Shown: positions 51,246 through 63,500 of the stretch, one piece after another
How the letters are laid out: each line of letters starts with the position of its first letter
Numbering within the stretch: position 1 is the first letter of the stretch
NCBI GenBank assembly: GCA_963796275.1
Contig: CAWCKY010000007.1
Coordinates: 1-64,000 of the forward strand
Direction: 5' to 3'
Length of the DNA stretch: 64,000 bases
Source: an uncultured Acidobacteriota bacterium
GTDB lineage: Bacteria > Acidobacteriota > Blastocatellia > RBC074
Made by a program: the position numbers and the translations under genes
The notes under the pieces: model-generated
The model's database searches: none
Told to the model about the DNA's origin: nothing
The model's input: only the letters and a program-made list of their open reading frames with translations

Positions 51246-52700
51246 TTATCTGGGTATTTCGGTGTCCATACCTTCAAGCTTTTTTAAACGGTAGCGCAAT
51301 TGATCGCGCGAAATGCCCAGCAATTCGGCCGCTCGCGTTTGATTGCCACCGCTGCGATTCATCGCCTGCTCGACCAGCGCCATCTCCACCGATTCGAGTT
51401 GAACTCCCTCGGGCGGCAGCTGGAAAAGCCCGGACAGACTCGCGGTCTTGGCTTCCATAACCTTATCATCTGCCACGGCCGGCGTTTTTATAGGCTCGCT
51501 CGCTTGTGTTTCGGGGTGCATTTCAGGTGAAATGCCGCGCGGTAACCAGGTCGCGGTGATCAAATCACCGTCTTCGAGGATCATTACTCGCTCTATCACA
51601 TTACGGAGCTCACGCACGTTGCCCGGCCACGAGTAACGCCGGAATATCCAGGCTACTTCCGGCGCGAGTCCGGATATCTTTCTTCTGAGCCGCTCATTGA
51701 AACCGCTGATGTAGTGTTCGGTCAGCAGCAACACGTCGTCGCCGCGTTCACGCAGGGGCGGCAGATCGATCTGGATTACCGATAGGCGGTAATAGAGATC
51801 GATGCGAAAGCGCCCGGCTTCGCTCTCAGCTTTAAGATCGCGATTCGATGCCGCGATCACGCGCATGTCGAGAGGGAGGTCTTTCAATCCGCCGACGCGC
51901 CGGAAAGCTCCTTCCTCGAGCACACGCAAGAGCTTCGCCTGCAGACCGAGCTCGAGCTCGCCGATCTCGTCCAGGAAGATCGTTCCGCCTTCAGCCTGCT
52001 CGAACAATCCTTCCTTGCGCCCCTTGGCATCGGTGAAGGCGCCCTTCTCGTATCCGAATAATTCGCTTTCGATCAGCGTCGGTGGAATTGCCGCGCAATT
52101 GATCGCCACGAAAGGCTCTTCGGCGCGGCGCGAGCCATAATGGATAGCTTTGGCCACGAGATCTTTTCCGGTTCCGCTCTCACCCTGTAGCAGCACTGAT
52201 GAGGCTTCGCTCACGGCGACCTTGCGAGCCATCGCGATCATCCCCTTCAAGGCCGGCGATTCTCCGATAATTTGCTCGAAACTGAATTCGCGGGTGCGCT
52301 CGCGCCGGATCTGATTGACCTCTTTGCGAAGTTGATTGGCCTCAAGGCCATTGCGAATCGTGACGTGCAGTTCGTTGAGGTTGATCGGTTTGCCGATGAA
52401 GTCATAGGCTCCGCCGCGCAGGGCCGCCAGCGTATCCTCGACCAAGACATTGGCTGTGATCATAATCACAACTGCTTGCGGCTGGCGGCTCTTGATTTCT
52501 TTAAGGGCATCCAGCCCTGAGCCGTCAGGCAGGTTTATGTCAAGCAGCACGGCTGCGGGACGATCTGACTCGAATGAAGCGAGCGCCTGCGAGATCGTCC
52601 CCGCTTCAATCGGCTCATATCCCCATCCCCGCAAAGCTTCTTTCAGAGTCCAGCGGATCGCCCTTTCATCATCGACCACCAGGATCTTTTGTTTTGCCAT
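51246..52700 (-). CDS. Sigma-54-dependent response regulator (REC-AAA+-Fis HTH, NtrC/AtoC family)
   Basis: [47 protein letters not shown]. Confidence 0.96.
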   Translation of the reverse strand: MAKQKILVVDDERAIRWTLKEALRGWGYEPIEAGTISQALASFESDRPAAVLLDINLPDGSGLDALKEIKSRQPQAVVIMITANVLVEDTLAALRGGAYDFIGKPINLNELHVTIRNGLEANQLRKEVNQIRRERTREFSFEQIIGESPALKGMIAMARKVAVSEASSVLLQGESGTGKDLVAKAIHYGSRRAEEPFVAINCAAIPPTLIESELFGYEKGAFTDAKGRKEGLFEQAEGGTIFLDEIGELELGLQAKLLRVLEEGAFRRVGGLKDLPLDMRVIAASNRDLKAESEAGRFRIDLYYRLSVIQIDLPPLRERGDDVLLLTEHYISGFNERLRRKISGLAPEVAWIFRRYSWPGNVRELRNVIERVMILEDGDLITATWLPRGISPEMHPETQASEPIKTPAVADDKVMEAKTASLSGLFQLPPEGVQLESVEMALVEQAMNRSGGNQTRAAELLGISRDQLRYRLKKLEGMDTEIPR

Positions 52701-52730
52701 ACTATTAGGTATTACCTCCGCTTTTTGATG

Positions 52731-52746
52731 AGCAATTATCTTGCCA
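52731..52746 (-). promoter_or_regulatory. Sigma-54 -24/-12 promoter of the activator gene
   Basis: The reverse complement is TGGCAAGATAATTGCT, 30 bp upstream of the ATG. Confidence 0.72.
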
Positions 52747-53218
52747 CGCAGAAGGTATCTGAGAAAGGGATACGGGACAGTCTGTCCTGGACGTGATGCT
52801 AAGTATTCTCAGCAGCCGTGATATCTCGAACTCATCGTTCCAGACACCGATGGCGAAGAGTGCTGGAAAATGGAGCTCCCGCAGGCGATACGTGACCATT
52901 TATGCTGAACTTAATTTGCGCGTGGAAGGGCAAGTTTGTGCCAGGGTAAAGCGTCCTGTTTCCCATCGTATATATAAAGATTGACAACGGATGGTGGGGG
53001 ATATTGCGCGACCGGCTGCATAAAAACACGAATTAAATTAGCCGCGTTCTGCGTGGGGCATGAGCGGCAGATGAAAATGACATATCATGAGGTGATACGT
53101 GCCGGCACCGCGCGAGGCCTTGTGGAATTTCAAGACTGGAACGTGCTACGCTGCGCTCCGCACGATACGAAATTCCCCCCTGTCGCCTGAAGCAGGCAGT
53201 CCCCTTGTCGCGAAACTT

Positions 53219-54412
53219 ATGGAGAAAGCGAGCGACCATTTGCACGACATGCAACTAGAAGCGTCCGAGGCGATGTTCCGAAGTTTGCTGGAATCTGCGC
53301 CTGATCCTATTGTGATAGTCAATCGACACGGCCAGATCGTGCTCGTCAATACGCAGACAGAGAAGGTCTTCGGTTATAGCCGTGAAGAGCTGCTTGGCCA
53401 GCCGATTGAAATTCTGATTCCGGAGCGATTTCATATCAAACACGTCGGTCATCGCGCCAGCTATTCGGCCGATCCGCATAGGCGTCCGATGGGCATCGGG
53501 TTAGATCTCTCGGCTCGGCGAAGAGACGGGTCTGAGTTTCCGGTCGAGATCAGCCTCAGCCCGATGGAGACCGGGGTTGGGCGTATCGTCACGGCTATCA
53601 TTCGCGATACAAGTGAATGGAAGCGTGTGGGAGTAGAGTTGCGCATGCTCAATCGAGATCTGGAACAGCGAGTGCGCGAGCGCACCGCACAGCTTCACGA
53701 GCGCACCACGCAGCTTGAAGCCGCAAACAGGGAGTTGGAAGCGTTCTCTTACTCGGTCTCGCACGATTTGCGCGCCCCCCTACGCCATCTGAGCGGATTC
53801 GCCAGACTCCTGAAGGAGCGCGCCGCCGAAAGTCTAGACGAGAAGAGCCTGCGTTATATCCAGAATATCGATGAAGCTGCCGGATTAATGGGTAAATTGA
53901 TCGATGACCTGCTGGCTTTTTCCAGGATGGCGCGCGCCGAGATAGCCAAGAGCCACGTCAGCTTTGATCAGACGGTCAAGCGAGTGTTTGAAGTTTTGCA
54001 GCCGGAAATGCAGGGCCGAAAGATAGTTTGCCAGATTGATTCACTTCCGGATACCGAAGGCGATCAGACGATGTTTCGCCTGGTCTGGTCGAACTTGATT
54101 TCGAATGCCTTGAAGTATACGCGTACGCGTGATGAAGCGCACATCGAGATTGGAAGCGCAAAGAACGACCAGGGCGAGACGGTCTATTTCGTCCGCGATA
54201 ACGGCGTCGGATTCGATATGCAATATGCCGATAAGCTTTTCGGAGTCTTTCAACGACTGCACAGTAGAGAAGATTTCGAGGGTACCGGAATCGGGTTGGC
54301 CACCGTTCAACGCATTATTCGACGCCACGGAGGTTCGGTCTGGGCCGAAGGCAAAGTGGGTAGCGGTGCGACCTTCTACTTTTCATTACCTTCTGATGAG
54401 GAAGGAGTTTAG
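53219..54412 (+). CDS. PAS-domain sensor histidine kinase (start uncertain, 53099-53249)
   Basis: PAS ([13 protein letters not shown]), [34 protein letters not shown]. Confidence 0.95.
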   Translation: MEKASDHLHDMQLEASEAMFRSLLESAPDPIVIVNRHGQIVLVNTQTEKVFGYSREELLGQPIEILIPERFHIKHVGHRASYSADPHRRPMGIGLDLSARRRDGSEFPVEISLSPMETGVGRIVTAIIRDTSEWKRVGVELRMLNRDLEQRVRERTAQLHERTTQLEAANRELEAFSYSVSHDLRAPLRHLSGFARLLKERAAESLDEKSLRYIQNIDEAAGLMGKLIDDLLAFSRMARAEIAKSHVSFDQTVKRVFEVLQPEMQGRKIVCQIDSLPDTEGDQTMFRLVWSNLISNALKYTRTRDEAHIEIGSAKNDQGETVYFVRDNGVGFDMQYADKLFGVFQRLHSREDFEGTGIGLATVQRIIRRHGGSVWAEGKVGSGATFYFSLPSDEEGV

Positions 54413-54414
54413 AA

Positions 54415-54876
54415 ATGGTGATTGAAGTGAGACCTATTCTGCTCGTGGAAGATGACCGCAAAGACGTCGAGCTGATCTTGGCGGCATTTTCCGAAAATAA
54501 CATCAGCAATGAGGTGGTCGTGGTTCGCGACGGTGTCGAAGCGCTCGATTACCTCTACCGGCGAGGAAACTATGCCGCGCGGGAGGGAAGTCATCCACTG
54601 GTTATTCTGCTCGATCTCAAATTACCGAGGCTGGATGGGATCCAGGTGCTGCAAAATTTGAAAGCCGACCCGCAGTTGAAATCCGTTCCGATTGTGATGC
54701 TCACTTCTTCGCGCGAGGAGAGCGATGTAGTGCGTAGCTATAACCTGGGTGTCAATGCATATGTGGTTAAGCCGGTCGACTTCCTTGAGTTCTCCGACGT
54801 GATCAGACAGATCGGTCTCTTCTGGACGGTCGTAAATCATCCGCCGCGCATATACACGAAGAGTCACAATGACTGA
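54415..54876 (+). CDS. Single-domain response regulator (Rcp1-like)
   Basis: ILLVEDD, LLDLKLP, LTSS, YVVKP. Confidence 0.95.
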   Translation: MVIEVRPILLVEDDRKDVELILAAFSENNISNEVVVVRDGVEALDYLYRRGNYAAREGSHPLVILLDLKLPRLDGIQVLQNLKADPQLKSVPIVMLTSSREESDVVRSYNLGVNAYVVKPVDFLEFSDVIRQIGLFWTVVNHPPRIYTKSHND

Positions 54877-56947
54877 GATGACGATGAATCGATCCAACGG
54901 AAGCGTGGCTGAATCTGATGAGTCGGCGAAAAGGCCCTTACGCATTCTTTTGATCGAAGACGATCGACTGGACGCGGAATTGACCGAAGAGACGCTCGCC
55001 GGCGAAGGGGTCGTTTGCGAGATCAGCCGGGTAGAGACGCGAGCCGATTACCTGGTGGCGCTGGAGGAGGTCTCTTACGACCTGATAATTTCGGACTATT
55101 CCTTACCTTCGTTCGATGGCATGACCGCGCTCGGCATCGCGCAAGAGACCTGCCCCGATATCCCTTTTATTCTGATTTCCGGCAGGTTCGGCGAAGAACT
55201 CGCTATCGATGCGCTTAAGAGCGGCGCAGCGGAATATGTGCTCAAGCAAAAGCTGGAGCGGCTTGCTCCGGCCGTTCGCCGCGCCTTGCGGGAGGCCGAA
55301 AACAGGATGGCCCGTAAACGAGCGGAAGAGGCATTGCAGCAGGCGTATGAAGAACTGGAAAGACGCGTGCAGGATCGCACTGTCGAATTGAGATCGGCCA
55401 ATGAATCCTTGGAAGCGGAGATCGTTGAGCGTAAGACGAGGGAGAAGAAGATCACCGAACAAGCCGCGCTGCTCGATCATGCGCGCGATGCGATCCTGGT
55501 CCGAGGGCTTGATGATCGTGTTATTTACTGGAACAGGAGCGCCGAACGTATCTATGGCTGGTCTACGGCAGAGGCTGTTGGCCGGAATATCGTGGAGTTG
55601 TGTTACGGTGACGATCGATCGCAATTCGAAAAAGCTAAAGAAAGGTTGTACGAGAATGGTGAGTGGAGCGGGGAATTGCGCCATCGTACCAAATATGGCA
55701 GAGAGAGAATGGTAGACAGTAGCTGGACTCTGGTGCGCGATGAGGAGGATCATCCGCAGTCGATCTTCACCATCGACACGGATATCACAGAAAAGAAGAA
55801 GCTCGAAGCGCAGTATCTTCACGCGCAACGTATGGAGAGCATCGGCACGCTCGCCAGCGGCATTGCGCATGACCTTAACAACGTACTCTCGCCCATCTTG
55901 ATGGCGATCCAATTGCTGCAGATCAGGTTTAACGATGAAGACAGCCACCGTCTGCTCTCGGTATTGCAGGAGAATACCGAACGCGGAGCCGAGATGATCA
56001 AGCAGGTCCTCTCCTTTGCCAGGGGAGTTCAGGGAGAACGCGCCCCCCTGCAACTGAGCCATCTGGTGCGCGAGATGGCCAGAACGCTGAGGAGCACCTT
56101 TCCTAAATCGATAGAGGTCAGAATCTCGCTGGTGGAAGATCTGCCGACCGTCTCCGGCGATGCCACGCAGTTGCATCAGGTGTTGATGAACCTGTGTGTC
56201 AATGCGCGTGACGCTATGCCTTACGGTGGGAGACTGACGATAGAGGCCGAGGATATCCACCTTGATCAAACGTTTGCGGATACTCACATCGATGCCAAAC
56301 CCGGGCCTCACCTGGTGATTACGGTGAGCGACACAGGAGCCGGCATCCCGCCGGAGATCATTGATAAGATATTCGAACCTTTCTTCACAACCAAGGAAAC
56401 GGGCAAGGGAACAGGTCTCGGCTTATCTACTGTGATCGGGATCGTGAAGAGCCACAGCGGCTTCATCAATGTCTACAGCGAGGTCGGTAAAGGGACACTA
56501 TTCAAGATATATCTGCCCGTCGTGGATATCGGGCGACTAAGGCGAGCCGAGGATTTACCCACTGAGATTCCATTCGGTCATGGAGAAACGATTCTGGTCG
56601 TAGACGATGAAGCCGCGATTCGTGAGATAGCCAGGCAAACGCTCGAGAACTTCGGTTACCAGGTGTTGACCGCTAACGATGGTGCTGAGGCGATAGCGCT
56701 CTATGCCGAACAAAAAAACGAGATCGAGGCGGTGTTGACCGATATGATGATGCCGTTTATGGACGGACCGGCCACCATTCGCGCGCTACATAGGCTCAAT
56801 CCTGGTGTCAAGATAATTGCCACCAGCGGACTCGATGCCAACGGGAATATGGTCGAAAGCGCCGGTGCAGGCGTGCGGGCATATTTGTCGAAGCCATATA
56901 CGGCGGAAAAATTATTACTTATACTTGCTGATGTGCTCAACGAATAG
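54869..56947 (+). CDS. Hybrid histidine kinase REC-PAS-HisKA-HATPase-REC
   Basis: N-terminal [38 protein letters not shown]-terminal REC. Confidence 0.95.
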   Translation: MTEMTMNRSNGSVAESDESAKRPLRILLIEDDRLDAELTEETLAGEGVVCEISRVETRADYLVALEEVSYDLIISDYSLPSFDGMTALGIAQETCPDIPFILISGRFGEELAIDALKSGAAEYVLKQKLERLAPAVRRALREAENRMARKRAEEALQQAYEELERRVQDRTVELRSANESLEAEIVERKTREKKITEQAALLDHARDAILVRGLDDRVIYWNRSAERIYGWSTAEAVGRNIVELCYGDDRSQFEKAKERLYENGEWSGELRHRTKYGRERMVDSSWTLVRDEEDHPQSIFTIDTDITEKKKLEAQYLHAQRMESIGTLASGIAHDLNNVLSPILMAIQLLQIRFNDEDSHRLLSVLQENTERGAEMIKQVLSFARGVQGERAPLQLSHLVREMARTLRSTFPKSIEVRISLVEDLPTVSGDATQLHQVLMNLCVNARDAMPYGGRLTIEAEDIHLDQTFADTHIDAKPGPHLVITVSDTGAGIPPEIIDKIFEPFFTTKETGKGTGLGLSTVIGIVKSHSGFINVYSEVGKGTLFKIYLPVVDIGRLRRAEDLPTEIPFGHGETILVVDDEAAIREIARQTLENFGYQVLTANDGAEAIALYAEQKNEIEAVLTDMMMPFMDGPATIRALHRLNPGVKIIATSGLDANGNMVESAGAGVRAYLSKPYTAEKLLLILADVLNE

Positions 56948-57315
56948 CTCACCTGATCTGGCGACCCCTCCAAGCATAGAGCTTATACGTTTTATACGCA
57001 TTGGTAAGGCTCTTCGCTTCCGAGTGAATATAAGTAAAGTGACAGTCTGGTCGTGGCGAAGTGCGAATTCGTACTCGAACGTCCAAGGATGTCTTCCATG
57101 ACATGCCCAGTTAATGATATATATATCTTAATGAACCGCACGAGAATTGGGGACTTCCCATGAAGCTTTACTCGCGCGGCTTTCTCGAATTTCCTCTCAC
57201 TGAAATGATAGTGATATAGGTTGCCCTTCAAGCCAAGAATCAAGTGGCTAACTGACCGCAAACGTTCAGAATCACAACGCTACGCATACAAACACAAGGA
57301 GATTTTTATACCGAT

Positions 57316-57501
57316 ATGATGAATAGAAAATTAGCTGGTAAGTTATTGCTGGTGATGCTCTTAGCTGGCTGCAGCCTGGGGCTTGGGAATGTTGAGGCTG
57401 CTTCTCAATCTAGAAGTTCTAGTGTCTTGGCATGTCCAGCAGGGTGTGATGTTTGTATCGAGATTTTAAGTATTACTATTTGCCTCGGCCTCCCTGGTTA
57501 A
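57316..57501 (+). CDS. Small exported Cys-rich peptide (61 aa)
   Basis: RBS AAGGAG; signal-like N-terminus containing LAGC and an AxA-like EAA; mature region CPAGCDVC...IC. Confidence 0.6.
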   Translation: MMNRKLAGKLLLVMLLAGCSLGLGNVEAASQSRSSSVLACPAGCDVCIEILSITICLGLPG

Positions 57502-57628
57502 AGTTGAGTCTGGGGGACACGCCTCCTTTGGCTGAATAGTTCTTATGTAAAGCCAGGGGCAGCATCAAGAGGCTTGCCCTGCAATCCTGCTTGACCCCAA
57601 CTTGCCCGGCGCGAACGTACATTCTCCA

Positions 57629-57658
57629 AGCCGGGGGATTCTATTAGCTCCCCCGGCT
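57629..57658 (+). terminator. GC-rich hairpin, possible terminator
   Basis: agccggggga-N10-tcccccggct is a perfect 10-bp stem; the U-tract is weak. Confidence 0.4.
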
Positions 57659-57756
57659 CTTGCTTGATAATTACCCACTTTAAATTTCACAGCCTTCATT
57701 TATATAATCTGTAGAGTTTTCCTTCCCTACTGTGCAGGCTAAACTCCACCCAAAAT

Positions 57757-57793
57757 TTGGCAAAGTTCCCCAATCGCTGCGCAAAAATCCGCA
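57757..57793. promoter_or_regulatory. Putative tandem UAS sites, 21 bp apart
   Basis: ttggcaaagttcccca (57757) and tgcgcaaaaatccgca (57778), with the same geometry as 50269/50290. Confidence 0.55.
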
Positions 57794-57920
57794 ATCGCCC
57801 CAACCGTTCTGTTAGCGCGTTTGTCATATGCCGAATGTAACTTTGATGGAGGAGGATGATTTAGGGCCTCCTATGCTTCCATTGCGGTCTGGAAATGGGC
57901 GGGATACCGAGTGAAATCCG

Positions 57921-57936
57921 TGGCCAGAGAATTGCT
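57921..57936 (+). promoter_or_regulatory. Sigma-54 -24/-12 promoter
   Basis: TGGCCAGAGAATTGCT fits GG-N10-GC, about 100 bp upstream of ORF 58039. Confidence 0.7.
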
Positions 57937-58038
57937 TATCATTATTTCGGGGTCATTACCGATGCCGGCTTCAAATGATCGAGATGAATGTCATCAAATT
58001 GATAATTTCAACATGAAGAAAATGATCAAGGACAGGTT

Positions 58039-58809
58039 ATGCCGAAAGAGAAAGTATTAGTTGTCGATGATGAGCCGATGATTCGCGGATTGTTATGTGA
58101 GGCTCTACAGTGCTGGGGATATTACGTGAGCGAAGCTGGAACTGGCGCACAGACGCTGGCGACGCTCGGCGATTCTCAGATCGCAGCCGTGCTGCTCGAT
58201 ATCAATCTGCCGGACAGCTCCGGTCTTGATTTGCTGCGTGAAATCAAGCGTCGATGGCCGAGGGTTGCCGTGGTAATGGTTTCGGCGGAGACCTTCTATG
58301 ATACGGCAGTCTCTGCTCTGCGCGGCGGCGCCGACGATTTCATCGGGAAGCCGATCCATCTCGATGAATTGCGCTTCGCGCTGAATCGCGCCATTGAGAC
58401 GAGCAATAAAGATGGAGAACGAATGACAGTCGATAAGCCGCGTGTGCTCATCATCGGCGACTCAGCTGACCGGATTCCGTATCTTCAATCGGTATTCAGT
58501 CCGAACGAGGTGGAGATCGCAAGTGTTGTCTATCCTGAAGAATGGGGCCACTCTGCCACCGGCAAGTACGATTTGGCTTTGATCGATGTAGGTCCGGATT
58601 TCCTGGAGTCTCTGCTCAAGACTATTCGGACAAATAGCACCGACATTCCTTTGTTAGTGGAGAACAGCAGGGTTGCCATGTCAACCAATATTGCAGGGGT
58701 CCTGCCGAAGTATCGCGCTATGCCATGCGGGCGCAATGAAATGATCCGGCTTGCGCGCCGTCGCCTCGCTTCAATCACCAGTCGCGGACGAGCGAAAAGC
58801 TTGCTCTGA
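58039..58809 (+). CDS. Response regulator: REC domain plus a degenerate receiver-like C-terminal domain
   Basis: [21 protein letters not shown]-terminal half has RVLIIGD..YDLALIDV and no DNA-binding HTH. Confidence 0.88.
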   Translation: MPKEKVLVVDDEPMIRGLLCEALQCWGYYVSEAGTGAQTLATLGDSQIAAVLLDINLPDSSGLDLLREIKRRWPRVAVVMVSAETFYDTAVSALRGGADDFIGKPIHLDELRFALNRAIETSNKDGERMTVDKPRVLIIGDSADRIPYLQSVFSPNEVEIASVVYPEEWGHSATGKYDLALIDVGPDFLESLLKTIRTNSTDIPLLVENSRVAMSTNIAGVLPKYRAMPCGRNEMIRLARRRLASITSRGRAKSLL

Positions 58810-59053
58810 TAGGCGGCGGGCGCGTTGATTTCAATTTATCCCCCCGCGCGCTGGGCAGCCGAAATCCCCCATCGGCGCTCAGCGCATTCATTCCCCAAGA
58901 TGCGAGCAATATTCCGAACAGACTGCCGAGTAAGCGTAGAGTCAGGCATTCCACCCACAGTTATCGCGCGAGCTCACGCGAATTCCCAATGAACCGCGAA
59001 TGAGGCTCGGCGGCTTGCAGTTATCCCTGAGAAATGCTCCTCTCTTGTTCACT

Positions 59054-59884
59054 TCACCTTATCGGGAGGCGGTGACGGGCTAAGAAGGCGGCCAACCCCT
59101 CTGCCATGCCTTGCGGATTCTGTAAGTACAACAGATGCGCTGCGCCGGAAAGGACAAACGGCTCTGCATTTGGCAGCCAGGTGAGCAGAAGTTGCTGACG
59201 CTCGTCCCAGATCGGGGACATTTCCATACTCATCTCCCCGACTACCGCGAGTATCGGTTGTGTGATCCGCCTTGCGTCATCCCGGCTGAACGGCCACTGT
59301 TGGATGGCGGGCATCTCCTGACCGAAGAATGTATCCGCGTCGGCCACGGCGTGGTCGAATGCCTCGGGGAGCACTCGATCCAGCAAGGCACGGTAGCCTG
59401 GCCCGCAGGTTCCCAGCAAGAAGGTATCGACCGCCCCAGCCTTGTCGCCGGCCCGGTAAAGCTGCATGGCCGTACCAACGAATGACCTAGCGGTCTGTGC
59501 ACTCGGGACCGTCATCAGCGCGGGTTCCAGGACGGCCAATGTCTGCACCACGTCCGGGGCATCGAGAGCGAGTTGCAGAGCGATATTCCCGCTCGATGAA
59601 TGGCCTACAATGTGCGCCCGCGCGATTCCAAGGTGGCGCATCATCGAACGCAAGTGCGCCGCATGCTGCGCGAGACTGACCGAACCCGCTACGCGGCTGC
59701 TGCCCGCGTAGCCGACGCGATGATAGCGAATCAATAGATAACGGTCAGTAAGGGCTGGCTCATCCAAAAGCGGCTTGAACCAGTCGGCGAAGACGCCGGC
59801 ATGGATCAGTACGACCGGCTCACCATCTCCGCGCGTCTCGTACTCGAGTTCAATACCGTCAAGGGCTACTCTTTTTATGGGCAT
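59054..59884 (-). CDS. Alpha/beta-fold hydrolase
   Basis: PVVLIHAG, HRVGYAGS, GHSSSG nucleophile elbow, GAAHLL. Start follows the GGGAG RBS. Confidence 0.9.
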   Translation of the reverse strand: MPIKRVALDGIELEYETRGDGEPVVLIHAGVFADWFKPLLDEPALTDRYLLIRYHRVGYAGSSRVAGSVSLAQHAAHLRSMMRHLGIARAHIVGHSSSGNIALQLALDAPDVVQTLAVLEPALMTVPSAQTARSFVGTAMQLYRAGDKAGAVDTFLLGTCGPGYRALLDRVLPEAFDHAVADADTFFGQEMPAIQQWPFSRDDARRITQPILAVVGEMSMEMSPIWDERQQLLLTWLPNAEPFVLSGAAHLLYLQNPQGMAEGLAAFLARHRLPIR

Positions 59885-60239
59885 CTTATTACTCCCTGTG
59901 TGGGAAGGTTCGGACATTGAGGCGATCTCCGATCGATCATAACCACATAGTATCGCTATTACTTTCGGTGTGAGATGGACTCTTAATCTCATCCCCGCCT
60001 GGCATCGACGGGTCACCGCTACGGAAACCGAATCAGAAGAACGATCCTAAGGCCAATAGAATCAACGCATTTACCGTAACATTACTCCATGATACCTGTT
60101 TTCCCTCCATCCGACGAAGGATAATCCGCCTGCTCAACAGTTCGAGAACCTCTCAGAGAGACCCCAACCCGTCTGGTTGGGACGAGTATTTTTTAAACGC
60201 CGTTTTCTAACTTGCTAATATTTTTTGAGTTGATCGATT

Positions 60240-60400
60240 AGGTTCAAGACCCAAAGAGAGAGAGAAGCTGTCGCCGGAGCCAAAGTGATCGCGCCAACGC
60301 GGCGACCAGCATCAAGTCGTAGAATACGACGAGCCGCAGTGGGGATTACCGATTTTCCAGCCCATTCCGGGGTCTTACAAGCTGGAAGTTAAGAACTTTA
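60240..60400 (+). pseudogene. Remnant of a carboxypeptidase-regulatory-like (TonB-receptor N-terminal) domain
   Basis: Across frames it reads VQDP..EAVAGAKVIA.NAATSIKS*NTTSRSGDYRFSS.IPGSYKLEV, with a stop and frameshifts. Confidence 0.55.
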
Positions 60401-60546
60401 CGATAAAAATGATGAGCGCCGCGGATTTCGCAGGCAGTCCTGCAATTTTACCCCAGGGAGGATAGAACAACATGGGAATACAAGGATTGAGATCGAGTCG
60501 GTTTAGCGGAAATGGATGTTCTCTTAGCAAAACCAAATACAAGCAT

Positions 60547-63500
60547 ATGAAAACGATTACGTGCTTATTCCTTCTATGTTTTTTCTCTTTATCAGTATTC
60601 GCGCAGAGCGATGGATTGCCAAGAGGAGCGTACCTGATGCCATACACGAGGTACGAGGCTACATCAACATCGCTCGCTGGTGGAGCTACGTTGTTAGGGC
60701 CGACGTTTGATCAGACAAAAGTTCAGTCTGAAGCGAGCGATAGAATTTGCGCGAGTTTGTCTGCGGCCAATTCATCGGTAAGCTGGCTGACTACACAGGC
60801 GGGGCAAGGTCTCGTTCTGCGTTATAGTATTCCTGATGGACAGAGCGGCACCCTTGGACTTTATGTAAATAATACATTTGTCCAGAATATCAATCTAACC
60901 ACGAAATGGGCGTGGCAATACTTTGCGAAACCGGGTCAAGGAGACCCTAACCTGCCATCGAATACACCCAATCCTAATGCCACTCAAAGAATGCGTTTTG
61001 ACGAGGTACGGGTATTCCTGGCGAATTCTATTCCGGCAGGCGCTAGTGTAAAACTTCAAAAAGGTGTTGATGGCATTACTTACATGATTGACTTCATTGA
61101 ACTGGAGCCAATCCCTCAGGCAGTCGCATTCAACCCGGCGACTATGCGTAGTGTAACGGAGTTCGGCGCCGTTCCCAACGATGGTCAGGACGATTTGAGC
61201 TCATTCAACAGTGCAAGAATTGCCTTACAGAACTCAGGAAGGACCCTCTATATCCCTGCGGGAACGTTCAATCTTGGTTCTACGTGGAATATCGAAACCA
61301 ACATTTCAATTCAAGGTGCGGGTATTTGGTATACAACCTTATATTTCACAAGCACCGGTTCGGGTGGCATTGTTGGGAATGGCGATAATATACAGCTCCG
61401 CGATTTCTACATGAACGGAGAAAACACGACCAGAAATGAATACAAAGGTCTCACCGGTGGTTATGGCAATAATTCTGTAATCGAAAGACTGTGGATTGAG
61501 CACTTCGAAACAGGCGCGTGGATCACAACCTGGAATGGCGCTATTACGAATGGACTTCGCGTCTCATTTTGTCGCTTCAGAAATAACTACGCCGATGGCA
61601 TCAATTTAACTCGCGGCAGCAGTAATTGCATCGTTGAACAGTGTAACATGCGGAACAATGGCGATGATGCAATTGCCACCTGGTCTGCCTTCGATGGCCC
61701 TCAGCAGTGTTTCAATAACGAATTCAGATATTGTACGGCAGAAAATACCTGGCGCGCTGGGGGTATCGGTTTCTTTGGAGGCGGAGGGCACAAGGGCCAC
61801 CACTTGTTGATCAAAGATAGCACTGAAAATGGCATTCGCATCAACTCAGACTTTCCCACAGTAGGTAGCTCATTCAGCTCGACCTTATGGATTGAAGTGT
61901 ATGAAACGACGGTTATCGGCTGTGGAACGAATGCGAATCTCTGGCATAACCGTTATGGGGCAGTGGATATCTTTACCCGATTGTATAACGTTCAAAACTT
62001 CAGACTGAGAAACGTCGACATCCAGGGCTCACAGAAGGATGCCGTTATGATTTATGATGTTGCGAGCACGTTCAGAATCTCAAACATCGAGTTCATCAAC
62101 GTTACACTTAACGGAGCAGGTCTTGATGGCAACATCAACAACTACACGCCTCCGACATATGATGATTATGCAGGCTATGGCATTTACGTGCTTCCCGAGA
62201 CCGATGGCTCAATGACAATTACAAATACGAATATTTGTAATACTCCATCCGGGCAGACCAGGAACGATTCAGCCGCTACCTTTGTGATCAATGGCACTCA
62301 CAGCTCTATTTGCGACGGAAATACGAACAATGCTCCGATAGCTAACGCAGGTCCAGATCAGAATTTGGCTTCGGGAACAACATCAGCAAACCTCAGTGGT
62401 TCCGCAACAGATGCGAATGGAGATCCCATAACATACAGTTGGTCTCAAATTGGCGGTCCTACGGCAACGATCACTGAAAATTCAAGTGCAACTACATCGG
62501 TCACCGGACTTTCTAGTGGTAATACCTATGTTTTCAGAATGTCTGCCAGTGACGGGGAAGGTGGAATAGGCACTGATGACATTCAGATTACCGTTCAGTC
62601 TCCACCAAGCAATCTGCCTTCTCCATGGGTAACCGGGGATATTGGCGCGGTTGCTGCTTCGGGCTTTGCCAGCTATAACAGCTCAACTGCGACATTTACC
62701 GCCAATGGATCGGGGGCCGATGTCTGGGATACGGCAGACGAATTCAGATATATCTATCAGCCCATTAATGGCGACGTAACAATTACAGCGCGTGTTGCCA
62801 GCCTGGCCAATACAAATGTTTGGGCAAAGGCCGGGGTAATGATCAGAGCATCAACTGCTGCGGGATCACAGCATGCGTTCACAACCGTGACGCCGGGAAA
62901 TGGTGTGAATTTCCAACGCAGGGCCACAACGAATGGTATTAGCGAGAACACGGGGGGCGGCGCGGGTGCGGCTCCTTACTGGCTGCGTTTGCAGCGTATT
63001 GGAAATACTTTCACGAGTTCGGCCTCAACAAATGGCACAAACTGGACAACAATCGGCTCGGCAACTATTTCTATGGGCGCTACAGCGCTGGTCGGTCTAG
63101 CGGTAGCATCGCATGCTGACGGTACCATTGCTACGGCAACATTTTCCAATGTGCAAATCAGTACGCAATCACCTTCGACGCAGGATCCTTTCCCTGGTCC
63201 TGGTCCTGCCGCGATACCTGGAACAATCGAATTTGAAAACTTTGATACAGGAGGTGAAGGCGTCGCTTATCACGATAACGAGGCGGCAAATGAGGGAGGT
63301 CAAGGAAGAACAACCGAAGGTGTGGATACTGAAATCTGTAGCGAAGGCGGTCTTAACATCGGATGGACAGCCACTGGCGAGTGGTATGAGTATACCGTGA
63401 ATGTTGCGACCGCTGGCGTCTATAACATTGACGTTCGTGTCGCATCGATGTTTGCCGGTGGAGCTTTCCACATCGAATTCAATGGTGTTGATAATACCGG

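Noticed and set aside
52929-52943. TGGCACAAACTTGCC on the minus strand as a fourth sigma-54 promoter
   Set aside because: GG-to-GC spacing is 9 nt rather than the required 10.
55103-56311. Long antisense ORFs (also 22932-23849, 47100-47885, 34261-34926)
   Set aside because: They are shadows of well-supported genes on the opposite strand in GC-rich DNA and show no motifs.
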